From Azolla caroliniana (Eukaryota; Plantae; Polypodiophyta), in NCBI GenBank assembly GCA_043228905.1, contig JBHGNT010000004.1:13764001-13828000 (forward strand): a stretch of 64,000 nucleotides of DNA. The letters run 5' to 3'. The notes under the pieces are model-generated. The model saw nothing but the letters and a program-made list of their open reading frames with translations, had not been told where the DNA came from and searched no databases. The position numbers were made by a program, and so were the translations under genes. Below, piece by piece: positions 1-12,510 of this stretch. Within the stretch, counting starts at the first letter, position 1; every line of letters begins with the position of its first letter.

Positions 1-568
1 TATGCAAAAGCCGACCATGGAGCACCTTCTATGCGCGCATCGAATTTTGCGATATGTGAGCGGCACGAAGGAACGGGGACTATTATACCGGCATGGTATA
101 ACCGAAGAGCTAGTCGGCTACACCGATGCCAACTGGGCCGACTATGCATCGGATTGCCGATCCACCTCTGGCTATATGTTTTCCCTTGGTAGCGCGGTTG
201 TTGCGTGGAGTAGCAAAAAGCAGCCAACAGTGGCCCTTTCGAGCACTCAGGCTAAATACTAGGGCGCTACTGTTGCCACATGTGAAGCCATTTGGCTTCG
301 GTGACTGCTGCAAGACCTCCGGATCGAGGTGCCAACCCCAATTCTAATCTACTGTGACAACATAAGCAGCATGCAACTCGTCAAGAACCCTGTATTCCAT
401 GTTCGCACAAAGCACATCGAAGTGCACTACCACTTCGTGCGTGAGCGTGTCCTAAGCGGTGAAGTCGAACTTCGGTATGTTCATACGGATCAGCAAGTTG
501 CCGACATCTTCACCAAACCGCTCGGATCGGACAAGTTGCAGCAGTTCACTGAAATGCTTGGTGTTTAG
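1..568 (+). pseudogene. Ty1/copia RT C-terminus and RNase H remnant
   Basis: ORFs 2-262 and 329-568 carry Copia motifs GYTDANWA..RSTSGYMF, WSSKKQPTVALSS, CDN.S, RTKHIEVHYHFVRE and QVADIFTKPL, with in-frame stops. Confidence 0.93.
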
Positions 569-719
569 CATCTCGACGTGCCACACTTGAGGGGTAGAAC
601 GGGCAAAGGAGACAACCGATTCGGTTCAACAGATTAGTTTACTTTGGTTTATTGATTAGTAATAGACTCTTAACAAGAATACTCGACTATTCGGTATTGA
701 GATGAGCTAAAACCAACAT

Positions 720-1490
720 ATTCATCGTCAATGCAATATAAATGGATGGTGGATCTAGTGACAATGCCACTTGGGGAATGTCAAATGCGATATTTAGCAC
801 TAGCAAGAGAAGACATTACAAACCAAGTAGAAGGAAGACCACTGTAACGACAAAAAACAACTACAGTTGTATGTAAATTTTTGTTAGAAGATGTAACATG
901 TCATTATGGGTGTGTTGGTAAAATAATTGCAGATAGAGGAGAACTTGATTCTGATGAAGCTAGACAATTCTTCAGTCGGATAGGGGTCAAGTTATCACTT
1001 ACAACTACTTATAATCGAGAAGGCAATGGAAAGATTGAAAGAGGACATAGCCCAATAGTTAAGGCAATCGTGAAAAGTTGTAAAGGTAAAATAAGAGATT
1101 GGCCACGCATGCTACCTTATGCACTATGGACGGATCGAACAACGCATAGTTCGGTAACAGGATACATGCCAACTGAATTGATACTTGGCCAAAAGCCCAT
1201 CATGCCAATAGAAGAATCAATTATGTCATGGACATCTATTCCTTGGAGAGAAGAGGTGAGTAGAGAAGAATTTCTTGCTTTGCGAATTCAACAATTAGAG
1301 TGTCGACCTAAAGATATAGAATTAGTAGCCCAACGATTGAAGGAGGCTTGACTAAAGAATAAAATTCATTTTGATAAAACTCACTGAATTCAGCCTAAGA
1401 AAATAGAAGAGGGGGATTGGTTGATTGTGTAGGATAGCAGTTTAGATAATCAACATAATATTGTCCGCAAGTTCGCTGAAAGTTGGTTTG
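720..1490 (+). pseudogene. Ty3/gypsy integrase fragment
   Basis: ORF 881-1351 has an rve core (KIIADRGE..., TTYNREGNGKIERGH, DWPRMLPYALWTDRTT); flanks are degenerate. Confidence 0.85.
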
Positions 1491-1668
1491 AGCACCTTCA
1501 GTGCGCGCATAAACTATTGAGGTATGTGAGCTGCACTAAGGATCATGGACTGTTATACTGATACAGTATAAACGAAAAGCTAGTCGATTGGGCCGGTGAT
1601 GCGTCAAATCGTCAGTCCACTTCCAGTTATATGTTTTCTCTAGGTAGCGCGGCTATTGTGTGGAGCAA
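1490..1668 (+). pseudogene. Short Copia RT/RNase H fragment
   Basis: Diverged copy of the sequence at ~20-220 (gagcacctt...tatgttttc...ggtagcgcgg...gtggag). Confidence 0.75.
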
Positions 1669-1679
1669 ACCCACGTGCA

Positions 1680-2648
1680 AATGTCTTCATCCGAATTGAT
1701 CGGAATTGTCTTCATCCACAATCACGTTGATGGACCCTAGTGCGTCACATATCTCCTTAATCTTTGTGGTATAGTCAGTTACCGACATTTGTCTTTGCCG
1801 GATGTTGTTGAGCTCTTGTCTGAACTACAACTTACGGGTTTTGGTACTTCTAGTGAAAATCTTCTTCAGATTCTGCCAAACTTCTTTGGACGACTTTGCA
1901 TCCTTCATGTACCCGAACATCTGATCGTGGAGGCCAGATGCCAAGCAGTACAAGACTTGGCTTGCTACTTGTGCCCAAGCCAACAAAATCTCTTTGCATC
2001 ACCTCAGGTGCTTCATCATTCGCTCCATCCACATCATTCCAATAACCATGTCCTAGTAGGTATTGGTGCATCTTGTATTCCCATGATGCGTAGTTGTTCT
2101 TGCCAAGTTTCTCTGTCGGCAAGGAACTTCCCATTGTCATGTCTCTTCTTCTGTCTAGAAGATGAAAGCTTGTCTATGTGAGTACGATTGTCGGCTGCCG
2201 AGGATTCTTCTCAACCCTTCCACTCTAATATCATGTAAAAAAGTAAACGTGCGGAAGCTTACACAAGGAATTGGCACAGCCAACAAACAACAAACAGTTA
2301 GGTAAAACACAGAGAATGAATGAGTGTGAGAGACAAGTACACAGTCAAATAGAGACTGAGTTAGCAGACAACAACAACAAATTCTATTACCGAAACTCAA
2401 AGTACATACAATAAGCTCATAGAGCACTTAATATACAAGCCCTTGAGAGTGGGTTGGCACAAGTACTCACAAAGTACTTAATGCTCACATATGAGCTCTG
2501 ACACTAACTTGCCTATAATATTCCTATTACTAAAATAGGAATATAGGACCTAATATCTTCTACAACCGGCCCGACTTTCCGCTTCTTTAGCCGGCTCAAC
2601 CTTTTGTCCTTTAACCGATTTGGTTCATGTTGAGCTTGTCACTTAACA
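1680..2648 (-). mobile_element. 5' part of a Copia element (LTR ~2234-2648, degenerate Met-i PBS, gag start)
   Basis: ORF 1850-2140 has LPTEKLGKNNYASWEYKMHQYLLGHGYW (Copia gag N-terminus). PBS-like cactctaatatca sits next to a TG...CA-bounded LTR similar to those at 18441, 27225 and 49141. Confidence 0.8.
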
Positions 2649-3009
2649 CATATGTTGCACCTAAGTAAAAAATCATGTTCTTCACTGAACAAGAATAGCC
2701 CACCCCATAGTCTGTCATCTAAACCATTGCCCCCATGTGACTTTGCTCACACTCAGTACAATGTGAGATAAAGTGTTAGGGCACAAGCGACGAGAGTAGT
2801 TAACTATGCACACATTACCCTAATATATCTTTGACCAAACCAAATCCTTGCAATTTTTTTTCTCACAGTCATAGTGTGCACTCTGGAATGTCGACGTTCA
2901 TTAATAATGTTCTTGAACATCGCGAGTTGCTACACATTTTTACATGTATTACATGAAAGTGGTATCTTTTTTGTATCAAAGGTCATATTTGCCCTCCAAA
3001 GACAATAAT

Positions 3010-3013
<4 letters not shown>

Positions 3014-3055
<42 letters not shown>
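3014..3055. repeat. (CT)n microsatellite
   Basis: About 20 CT units read directly. Confidence 0.95.
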
Positions 3056-3057
<2 letters not shown>

Positions 3058-3692
3058 CTCATGACCCCGTGTTTGTGCTTAGGTCCCTCATGTGTTTTGA
3101 CTTTGTTTGTTTGCTCATTCATTATCCTCTCATGCGTCTGCTTACCTTTTATTGTCATCCTCGTGGACCTGTAATCCATGCCCATCCACTTGTTGACCCT
3201 TCATCCTCATCCACGGTCCTTTGATCCGCTATCATCCTCTTGTGTGAGCACACCACCCGTTTGTCTGGTCATGCACGCATATCCTTTCATACTCTCATTC
3301 GAGCTAACATGTGTGCACATTCTCCCATATTTCTGATCGTCTAGTGTTCATGAGACTCGTGGAAAAAAGGAATGATGGAAGGGATGGATCCTCCTCAATA
3401 ATAACAAAATGGACAAGAAGTGGTGGCGTGGCCAAAGAGAAGCAAGGGAGGGAACAAACAACAATGTTGTGTCTGTCTTTGTAGGCGGTTTTGGGGAGAG
3501 ATCCAGCACAGACATTGGCGGGGACCACACACACACGTCTACAATGTATGTATGTATGTATGTACATATGTGTGTGACCATTTGATGTATGTAAATTGGA
3601 GGCCATATGATATGTATGATTCACAATTTAGAAACAGGAGGGAGGGAGGGAGGGAGGGCATGCACAACCAACCAAGCTTATGAGTTAACCCC

Positions 3693-5690
3693 ATGGAAAG
3701 GCGGACCGGACCGGTTGGCTTCAAGAAGCCTCCGAAGAAGCCGAGGAGCACCACAGCAAAGGGAATCTTGGAGATGATATGTGAGTCAGATGTTGATCAT
3801 GTGGCCTTATTGAAAGCTTGTGCCAACCATAAAAACCTCCAAAAGGGAAGCAGAATACATGCCCATCTCCTGAAAACTGGGCTCCTTCACAGTGATATTT
3901 ATGTTGGCAATACCATTCTCAGTTTCTATGCAAAATGTGGTCCATTATCAAAAGCTGTGCAATTGTTTGAGCAGCTCCACCACATCCGAGATGTCGTCTC
4001 CTGGAATGTACTCCTCACTGGATATACTCGGCATGGCCATCCCAAGGAAGCTCTGAAGCATTTCGAGAGAATGGAAGGGGAAGGCATCCGACCAGATGCA
4101 TTCACCTTTGTTTCTGTCCTAAAAGCGTGTGCCGTCACACACATGTCGGAGAAAGGCAAGGAGGTGCATGTTGAGATGATTAAACAAGGGTTACTGGAAG
4201 ATGACATTTTTACTGGCACTGCATTATTAGATATGTATGCCAAATGCGGCGACCTTGCGAAGGCAACATACGTATTTAACCAATTGTCAACCAAAAATAT
4301 TGTTTCTTGGAATGCACTCATTTCAGGATATTCCCAACTGGGGCACAGCAAGAAAGCACTGAACTGCTTTATATCCATGCAACATGAAGGTTTCTGTCCA
4401 AATTCAGTTACATTTGTATGTGTCTTGAATTCTTGTGGTAACCTGGAATTATTCGAGAAAGGCAAAAGTATACATGCTCAGATACTTAATCAAGGTATTT
4501 TAGAGAACAACATATTGCTTAGCAATGCATTAGTTGATATGTATGCCAAATGTGGCATGGTTGCAAAAGCAAGAGAAATGTTTGATCAGGTTCAAATACG
4601 GGATGTAGTCACTTGGAATGTATTAATTGCAGGGTATGTTAAATCAGGACATGGAGAGGAAGCATTGCACAGTTTCAAGAAAATGCAACAAGATGGTTTC
4701 TCTCCTGATGCTGTCACATTTCTTTGCATCCTTAAAGCCTGCGGGAGCATAGGAGCTGTTATCGTGGGGAAAGAAATACACACTGAGATTGTGAGAAAGG
4801 GTTTGCTAGAGAAGGACATCCTGATTAGCAATGCATTGGTGGATATGTATACTAAATGTAGTGGACCTAGAAAAGCACAAGAGGTGTTTGATCAACTACG
4901 ATTTCGGGATGTGGTGACTTGGAATGCCCTAATGACAGGGTATGCTCGCCACAGGCATGGTGACATTGCACTTGAGTGTTTCCAAGAGATGCAAGGTGAG
5001 GGCCTTGCTGCAAACAGAGTCACCCTTCTTTGCATCCTTAAAGCTTGTGGTTGCCTAGGAGCGATACATGTGGGTGAAGACATACATGCTCGTTTGAAAA
5101 GAGAGGGGATATTGCCAGATGATATTGTACTTAATACTACATTAGTTGACATGTATGCCAAATGTGGTGCTCTTAAAAAAGCACATGAAGTGTTTGACGA
5201 GATTCAAGGTCACAACGTGATCTCTTGGAATGCATTAATGGCAGGATATGCGCAACTTGGAAACGATACTGATGTTGTTGAATTATTCAAGAAAATGACA
5301 AGAGAAGGTATAGAACCGGATCCTGTGAGCTTTACCATAGTCCTAAATGTATGCAATCACTCCGGTCAACTGGATAAAGGCCAAATGTACATTCAGATGA
5401 TCAGTACCACCTACAGCATAACCCCAACCCTAGTGCATCACATTTGCATGGTGGATCTTTTTGGTCGTGCAGGGAATTTGGACATAGCTGTTGCAATGAT
5501 CAAGAAGGTACCTATATCTGATTATCTTCCAATCTGGATTTCTTTACTTGGTGCTTGTCAAAAATGGCGAAATGTTAAACTTGGACTGCTTGCTTTCGAA
5601 AATGTAGTATGTTGGAAGAAAAATCATGCTGCAGCATATGTGTGCATGGGAAATATATATGCCATGAAAGAAGAGGAAAACAATATTTAA
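3693..5690 (+). CDS. PLS-class pentatricopeptide repeat protein with truncated E domain and no DYW (putative organellar RNA-editing factor)
   Basis: Uninterrupted 665-aa ORF with repeating P-L-S triplets (DVVSWNVLLTGY, TFVSVLKAC, NALVDMYAKCG), then HHICMVDLFGRAG, IWISLLGAC and AAAYVCMGNIYA (E1/E2-like). The true start codon is uncertain. Confidence 0.93.
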   Translation: MERRTGPVGFKKPPKKPRSTTAKGILEMICESDVDHVALLKACANHKNLQKGSRIHAHLLKTGLLHSDIYVGNTILSFYAKCGPLSKAVQLFEQLHHIRDVVSWNVLLTGYTRHGHPKEALKHFERMEGEGIRPDAFTFVSVLKACAVTHMSEKGKEVHVEMIKQGLLEDDIFTGTALLDMYAKCGDLAKATYVFNQLSTKNIVSWNALISGYSQLGHSKKALNCFISMQHEGFCPNSVTFVCVLNSCGNLELFEKGKSIHAQILNQGILENNILLSNALVDMYAKCGMVAKAREMFDQVQIRDVVTWNVLIAGYVKSGHGEEALHSFKKMQQDGFSPDAVTFLCILKACGSIGAVIVGKEIHTEIVRKGLLEKDILISNALVDMYTKCSGPRKAQEVFDQLRFRDVVTWNALMTGYARHRHGDIALECFQEMQGEGLAANRVTLLCILKACGCLGAIHVGEDIHARLKREGILPDDIVLNTTLVDMYAKCGALKKAHEVFDEIQGHNVISWNALMAGYAQLGNDTDVVELFKKMTREGIEPDPVSFTIVLNVCNHSGQLDKGQMYIQMISTTYSITPTLVHHICMVDLFGRAGNLDIAVAMIKKVPISDYLPIWISLLGACQKWRNVKLGLLAFENVVCWKKNHAAAYVCMGNIYAMKEEENNI

Positions 5691-6159
5691 GCAAGGAGAT
5701 CTGTTGGACTTATTTTACTTGGAGCTGAGACAATAACACTGGCTCATTTAGTTTGAGAAAAGAGTTCCACAAACAGTCATTGTATGCTTCATCATAATTG
5801 CCTGTAGGAGAGTCCATACGACTCAAATGGCCAGGTTGAATCCATGCTTTTATGTTCGAAAGCTTTATAATTCAGGTGAGAATGGATTATCTAAATGAGG
5901 CAATAATCCTAAGTCTTTGTCGACAAGTGTCCATCACATTACCATTGATGCACATCCTATGGCAACAATCTAGGTGCTTAATTATCCACACTAATCATGG
6001 AAGATGTGGTGGAGAACAACCTTTTAAATTACAAGGTTATCTTGAGTGTCCAAGAGGATATGAATTCTCTCGAAGGTCTATATTTATTTAAAAGTCTATT
6101 GCAAATATTAGTAAGTCACCTCAAGCAAGGGACCAAGCAACCAAGAAGAAGAAGCAGCT

Positions 6160-6850
6160 TATTTGAAGAATGATATCATGATAAAAATGTGGGGTGGACC
6201 AAGATTACATGATTTTGTTTCTAGAAGTTTAGATGGACTATCATTAAGCACTAAAAAGAGGGTTGTGAGGAAGGAAACTGAATTCCTTCTAGGGGTCCGT
6301 GAGTACATATTTGAGTATGTGGCCAAGATTTATGAAAAAGAAAAAAGAGTGTGTGACATTACAACAAAGGTTCCTTTAATTATTGTCAAGGATGACATTG
6401 TGATGCAAATAAGAGGAATGTTAAGTGGGTAGCTCAAATGATTTACGAGGGCTGAAGTCATCTAATCATCAATGTGTCACATCATGTATGATTAAGGTGG
6501 GTGAGTCTAATTCTAGTTATGAAACCATTGTTAACTTCTTTAAAGACTGGTTAGACACTATCCTAAGGTGTTAATTGCGAATCCTCTTCACCCTAAACTT
6601 CCACGATTAATATTGGTTGTAAAATGTACATGTAATTGCTTTGATGCAAATTTTGTAAAATGCCAATGGAATAAAGTGGAAACTTTATGGGAAATACATC
6701 TCTCCATAAGTGTTGGGCCAATTGTTGGACATGCATTGGATAGAAAAAAAAGATCATGCTTCAAGAATATTAAGCCCCAAGCCATATGCTTAATATATAA
6801 ATTGGCTTGGGATGGTTGGATCTTCAGAGGTCAGTGGGTTCTTGTTTTGA
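6160..6850 (+). pseudogene. Decayed DNA-transposase-like relic, P-element/THAP9-like
   Basis: Fragments WGGPRLHDFVSRSLDGLSLSTKKR, VPLIIVKDD, NPLHPKLPRLILVVKCTCNCFD and VGPIVGHALD resemble P-type transposase segments (from memory, not searched). Confidence 0.5.
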
Positions 6851-6999
6851 ATCACAAAAACTACTTCACTTTAGGGAAAAAAACTCCTAAAGAGGGAAAA
6901 AAATACCCCTGTGTAGTCCTAAGTGTGTTCACACACATTATTGTCCTAAAAAATATAACAACAAATTCCCCTTGGGAGTGATGTGGTGAACAAGGAGCT

Positions 7000-9285
7000 G
7001 GCACTCATGGCTAAGGAAGTGCCAAGCTATGTGGACACATATTAATCCACAAATGGGATTAGGCCTAAAGCATTGCGGAAAGCTTCAATTTTCTCTATAG
7101 GCAGAGCCTTTGTGAAAAGGGTTGCAATGTTCTCTTGCGTGGCATATAACCCAAACTGATCTCGCCACCGGAGAACCTTTCCCTGACATAGTGATAATGC
7201 ACCTCAACATGCTTAGTGCGAGCATGGAACACATGGTTCCTCGCAACTACCAATGCGCTTTGACAATCAGTGAAGATAGTGGTGGCAGAAGATTAACCAA
7301 CACCCATATCGGCTAAAGGGCGTCTGAGCCACACACTCAAGTGTAGTTGTGAAAGCTGCCCTATACTTAGCTTCACAAGTGGAAGTGGCGACAACAAGCT
7401 ACTTCTTGCTCAACCATGATATGCATGAGCTACCAAGCATGAAGCAAAAACCACTTGTGGACATACGAGTGTCATAACAACCAACCCAATAAGAGTAAGA
7501 AAAAGCATGCAAGTCTAGTGGTAATGATCCCCCCTTGGGGTAAAACAATCCAAGTGGTCGGGTACCACTCAAGTAGTGAAAGATGCGCTTAATTGCTTGC
7601 TAATGCTCAACTCTTGGGCAATGCATAAACTTGTTCGTCTAAGAGACAACAAACTGAATATCACATTGGGTTATGCATAAGTAAATCAAGTATCCAATTG
7701 CCTGTTGATAGATAACAACATCAATTGCATTTCCAACATCATGAAGGGTCAAATGTAAACTTGTCTCCATGGGAGTGGTAATAGGTTTATAGTCTTCAAG
7801 GCCAAAATGGTGCAATAATTTGTCAATGTATTTCGATTGACACAAAGCTATTCCACCATCAACTTGCATAAATTGAATGCCCAAATAATGATGCAAATGC
7901 CCCAAATCTGACATCTCAAAAGAGGCATGCAAATCAGCCTTAAAGTCAGCAATGTGTTTCTCATTGGAACTTATGAGAAACATGTCATCGACATGAACAA
8001 CCATGATCACAAATACATCCTCAACATGCTTAACATATAAGGTGCTTTCAGTTGGACTATTCTCAAAACCAAATGCAATCAAATAGACATATATCTTTTC
8101 ATACCAAGAACGTGGTGCTTGCTTCAAGCCATATAATGCCTTTCTTAACCTACACACTTTGTGTTCATGCCCTTTCTGCACAAAACCACAAAGCTAAGAT
8201 ACATACACTTCCTCATGAAGATCACCATTTAGATATGTTGTTTTAATGTCCAATTGATGTACATTCCAACCATGATGAGTTGCAATTGCATAGATGCTAC
8301 AAACAGTAGTCATATGGCAAGTGGGAGCAAAGGTCTCATCAAAATCAATGCCTTTTTCTTGATCATAACCTTTCGCAACAAGCCTAGCCTTATACTGGTC
8401 AATTGTTCCATTAGGTTTACACTTCAACTTATATACCCACTTAGTGCCAATAACCTTCTTGCTAGGAGGCAAGTCACATAAAGACCATGTACCAATCTTC
8501 ATAATACCGTCATATTCTGATGGCATAACAACCATCCAATTTGTTTAATTTTGTGCTTCATCAAAAGAATAGGCTCATTCTCATCACCAAGAGTAGAGGC
8601 AGCCATAACATAACAATTTGATGCAAAAGTAGCACTATGAGAACCTGAAAAAGTACGGTATGACAAAGGAACACATAATTTGCTATCTCGCAAAGTCTGC
8701 AACAGTCATTTAGGCACAATCTTTGCTTCCTCTATATCAGCCTTCTCATTAGTAAGTGCATCACATAAATCTACATCATTATGAGTAGCTTCCATAGGCT
8801 GAGAAGGTGCCTCAAGTGGGCCAACATTTGTCCACTTGTAAAAAGAGGTAACAAAGTGTCATAGTCAATGTCTCCTTAGTACATGAAAGCCATGGTTGAA
8901 TTGCATGCTCCACAAAAACAACATCACAGTTAACCATAATTCATTTAGTCTGTGGATGATATAGACGATAGCCTTTACTTTTAGAACTATGTTTTTGGTT
9001 GTTTGGCATATGCATTAATGTTTTTGGTTGTTTATTTTCAGAACTGTGTCCAACAAAAAAACGTTTCACTTCTTTATCATCCAATTTTTTGTGTTGTTGT
9101 TTAGGCACTAATGTAATGCCGAACAACCAAAAACACATAGATGAGCAACAAATAGCTTGTGGCCATGCCAAGCAAGCCTCATATGGAGTGATAGAGTGGA
9201 GTGCTTTAGTTAGACACCTATTAAGAACATATGTTGCACACATGACAACCTCAAGCCAGAAACTATGTGGTAAAGCCTGTTAGTG
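7000..9285 (-). mobile_element. Degenerate Copia pol (integrase C-terminus, RT, RNase H)
   Basis: ORFs 7639-8181 (KALYGLKQAPRSWY, VHVDDM), 8194-8535 (KWVYKLK, YKARLVAKGY, HQLDIKTTYLNG) and 8941-9243 (ATYVLNR, KKLDDK). Confidence 0.9.
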
Positions 9286-9286
9286 G

Positions 9287-11902
9287 CAAAGGGCTATGCG
9301 CAGAAGCACGACATCGTTTACGACGAGACCTTTGCGCGTGCCGTGAAGTTGACGATTGTCCGTAGCAACGACGAAGGGGTGGCACTTACATCAAATGGAT
9401 GTAAAGAATGCGTTTCGGCAAGGCGATCTTGAGGAACAAGTGTACATGATACAACACCTCGGATTTCTATCTGAACGGAACACCTTGGCACCTCTGATGC
9501 TTCATTGAGGAAGAGGGCCAAATCATCGCACAAGGGCGCCGACACGAGAGGATGTTTATCCTCGACACTAACAACGTACGTACCACTATGTTCACAAAAG
9601 GACAGAAGCTTGAATCGGATATCGACCTGTGGCACAAGCGGATCGGCCGTGCCAATTACCAGAGGCTTCAAGACCGGCAATCAAGACAGGTTATTTTCGG
9701 ATTGTCAAAATTTACTGGCCGGAAGGCCCAAATTTGTGAAGTTTGCCAACTTGGGAAGAAACACTGGTTTCTGTTCCCCACCGAAAGAGACCGAATCGTA
9801 ACAAGCTCGGCTTGATACATTTGGATGTATGGGTACCGACACAGAACGTTAGACTTGGCGGGAGCCGATATTTCGTCTCCTTCATCGACGACTATAGTTG
9901 ACACACATGCATCTACCTAATCGAAAGGAAAAGCAAAGTTTTCGACTGTTTCAGGAACTTGCAAAGTCTTGTAGAACGGGAAACAGAGAGGAAGATCAAG
10001 TGCATGTGGTCAGATGGCGTAAAAGAATACTTTTCCGGCCAATTCAACAGTTATCTACAGCAAAAAGGAATTTGGAGGGAGTTCAGCTACCGATACACAC
10101 CGGAACAGAATGGCGTGGCCGAAAGGAAGAACCGGTCGATTGTGGAGGCGGCATGGGCAATGCTAGAAGAGATGAGCATGCCCAAGTTCTACTGGGCCGA
10201 AGCGGTCCGGACGACCGTCTACATCCAAAACCGGATAAAAAATGAGGTGTTAGCACATGAGCTGTATTTCGGGGGGAAGCCAACTTTAAGACACCTTAAG
10301 ATATTCGGTAGCATTGCCGATGTGCATGTGCCGGATGAAGAGCGGAGAAAGCTGGACCTGAAGTCTGAGAAGTGCATCCTTACCGGCTACTCACATGAGC
10401 AAAAGGGTTATAAGTACTGTAACCCCCAAACAAAACAAGTTCGAGTGAGCCAAGGTGTCGAATTTGATGAGTCGGCATCATGGTACTCTCTACCGACTCC
10501 GATGTCTGACTCCAACCCGATTCCGGAGGATGAAGCCAGTGAGCCCGAAACGATCTAGGTAGAAGATGAAGAAGGATTCGGTATTCTAAATGATAGTCCG
10601 ATCTCATTCCGGCTAAGTGGGCCCCATGAGCGACTGAATGGGAATGATCAATCCGATGAAGACTTGGCGAGTATTGGAGATTCGGTCGTGCTTTCCTCGT
10701 GCAAGGAACCGAGGAGACGGTTCACACGCAAAGAGGAGGGGAAGAAGAAGATGCCGGAGTACGACACCGATAGAGATGAGCCAGATAGGAATGAATCTGA
10801 CTCCGGAAAGAACGAAGATAGAGCTTCGGGAATGAAGTCCAAGAGGGCCAAGAGGGCCTTGCAATTGGCAAACGCAAAGTTACGCCGATCGATGCACCAA
10901 TAGAACCCCGTAAAAAGGTACGCATATAACTAGTACATGACACATGATTATGTGTACATGACGAAGGTGGTGGAAGTGCATGAGCCGGAGAGTTAAGCAG
11001 AAGCGGCGACAGACGCAAATTGACATGCCGTTATGGAGGAACAAATGCACGCGCTCACGGAAAATGAGACATGGGATTTAGTGGACTTACCAAAAGGAGT
11101 GAAGCCGATCGGTTGGCGAGGGGTATACAAGGTCAAATACAACACCAATGGCTCCTTCAACCGGTTTAAGGCCCGGGTAGTGGCCAAAGGATATGCGGAG
11201 ACCCACGAAATTGAATACGATGAGACCTTCACTCCGGTAGCGAAGATGACGACGGTTCGTGTGGTGCAAGTGGTTGCTGCGGCAAGGGGATGGCATCTTC
11301 ACCAAATGGATATGAAGAATGTGTTTCTTCAAGGAGACCTTGAAGAACAGGTCTATATGATCCAACCCCCCGGTTTTCAGTCGGAGATGAACAAGTCGGC
11401 AGTGTGCCAGCTCAAGAAGTCCCTTTATAGCCCGAAGCAAGCCCCCAGTGCTTGGAATTCAAAGATCACGCACTGGTTGCGTAAGATCGGGTTTGCAGCC
11501 TCAATGTTGGACTCTTCATTGTTCATCCGGAAAGGTCTAGAAGGTCCAGTATGTATCCTACTGTATGTGGATGATTTAGTCATCACCGGACCCTGCCTCG
11601 CTGAAATTGCTCGCGTGTAAGTCCTAGCTATCAGAAGCATTCAAAATGAAGGACCTTGGGGACCTTCATTACTTCCTCGGGATTGAAGTGATCCACACCC
11701 CCAACGGCATATTGTTATCTCCGTGAAATTATGTGCTGAATATGTTGTACATGTTTGGCATGACAGATTGCCGACTAGTCTCCACACCCCTGGAGCGGAA
11801 TCTAAACCTTCGTCCCGACTCCAGACCGACTTACGATGAGAAACGGTTCCGAAAAATTGTCGGAAGCCTCATTTATTTGACAATCACCACACCCGACATT
11901 AG
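9287..11902 (+). mobile_element. Degenerate Copia pol (short RT piece fused to GAG-pre-integrase, integrase, RT), cut at 11903 by another element
   Basis: ORFs 9552-9815 (DLWHKRIG, CEVCQLGK), 9959-10558 (YTPEQNGVAERKNR) and 11033-11620 (KARVVAKGY, LLYVDDL). Confidence 0.9.
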
Positions 11903-12510
11903 TGTGAAGAATAGCGCGGAATACTGCTCGGCCACAATCGAGTCTTAGATCACTATGTTTAAAGATCAAACACAAAAATGGGAATAGAGATGAATACTCG
12001 TACACCAAAAGAAAGTACACATGATGTTTACGTGGAAAACCCTAATAGGGAAAAACCATGGGAGTCCACAGACTCCAAACTATCACTATTTGAGAAAGGT
12101 ACAATCAAAGACTTGGAGGCAATGACCTCGAGCTCTGTTTCTTCTCCAAGCGTTGGTTACAACAGAGTATCGCTCTGTATCTCGTCTCTCTTTCTCTATC
12201 TGTCACTCTCTATACAACAGTTATACACATACAACAATATGACCACACAAATTGAGTGATTGCCCTAAGTCCTATTTATACTTATATGAACTTAGGGCTA
12301 TTTACCAATATAGTCTCAATAGGCTTACTCAAAACATATTTACAAATATATCTTCTCTTCCGGTTCTCACCAGGTCCATCCGATCCGGTTTCCGGATCTC
12401 TTCTGGTTCTCACCAGGTCCATCTGATCCGGTTACCGGATCTCTCCCGGTTCTCACCGAGTCCTCTTCATTCATAACCGGATCCCATCCGGAGGGACCGA
12501 TTTCCCAACA
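11903..12510 (-). repeat. 3' LTR (608 bp) with ~46-bp tandem repeats at ~12355-12465
   Basis: Matches 16608-16977. Its minus-strand start (tgttgggaaatcggtccctccggatggga) resembles the LTR start at 29001. Confidence 0.88.

Noticed and set aside
3926-5161. Antisense ORFs within the PPR gene (and similar shadow ORFs in the gag-pol regions)
   Set aside because: They are reverse-frame by-products of codon bias with no recognisable motifs.
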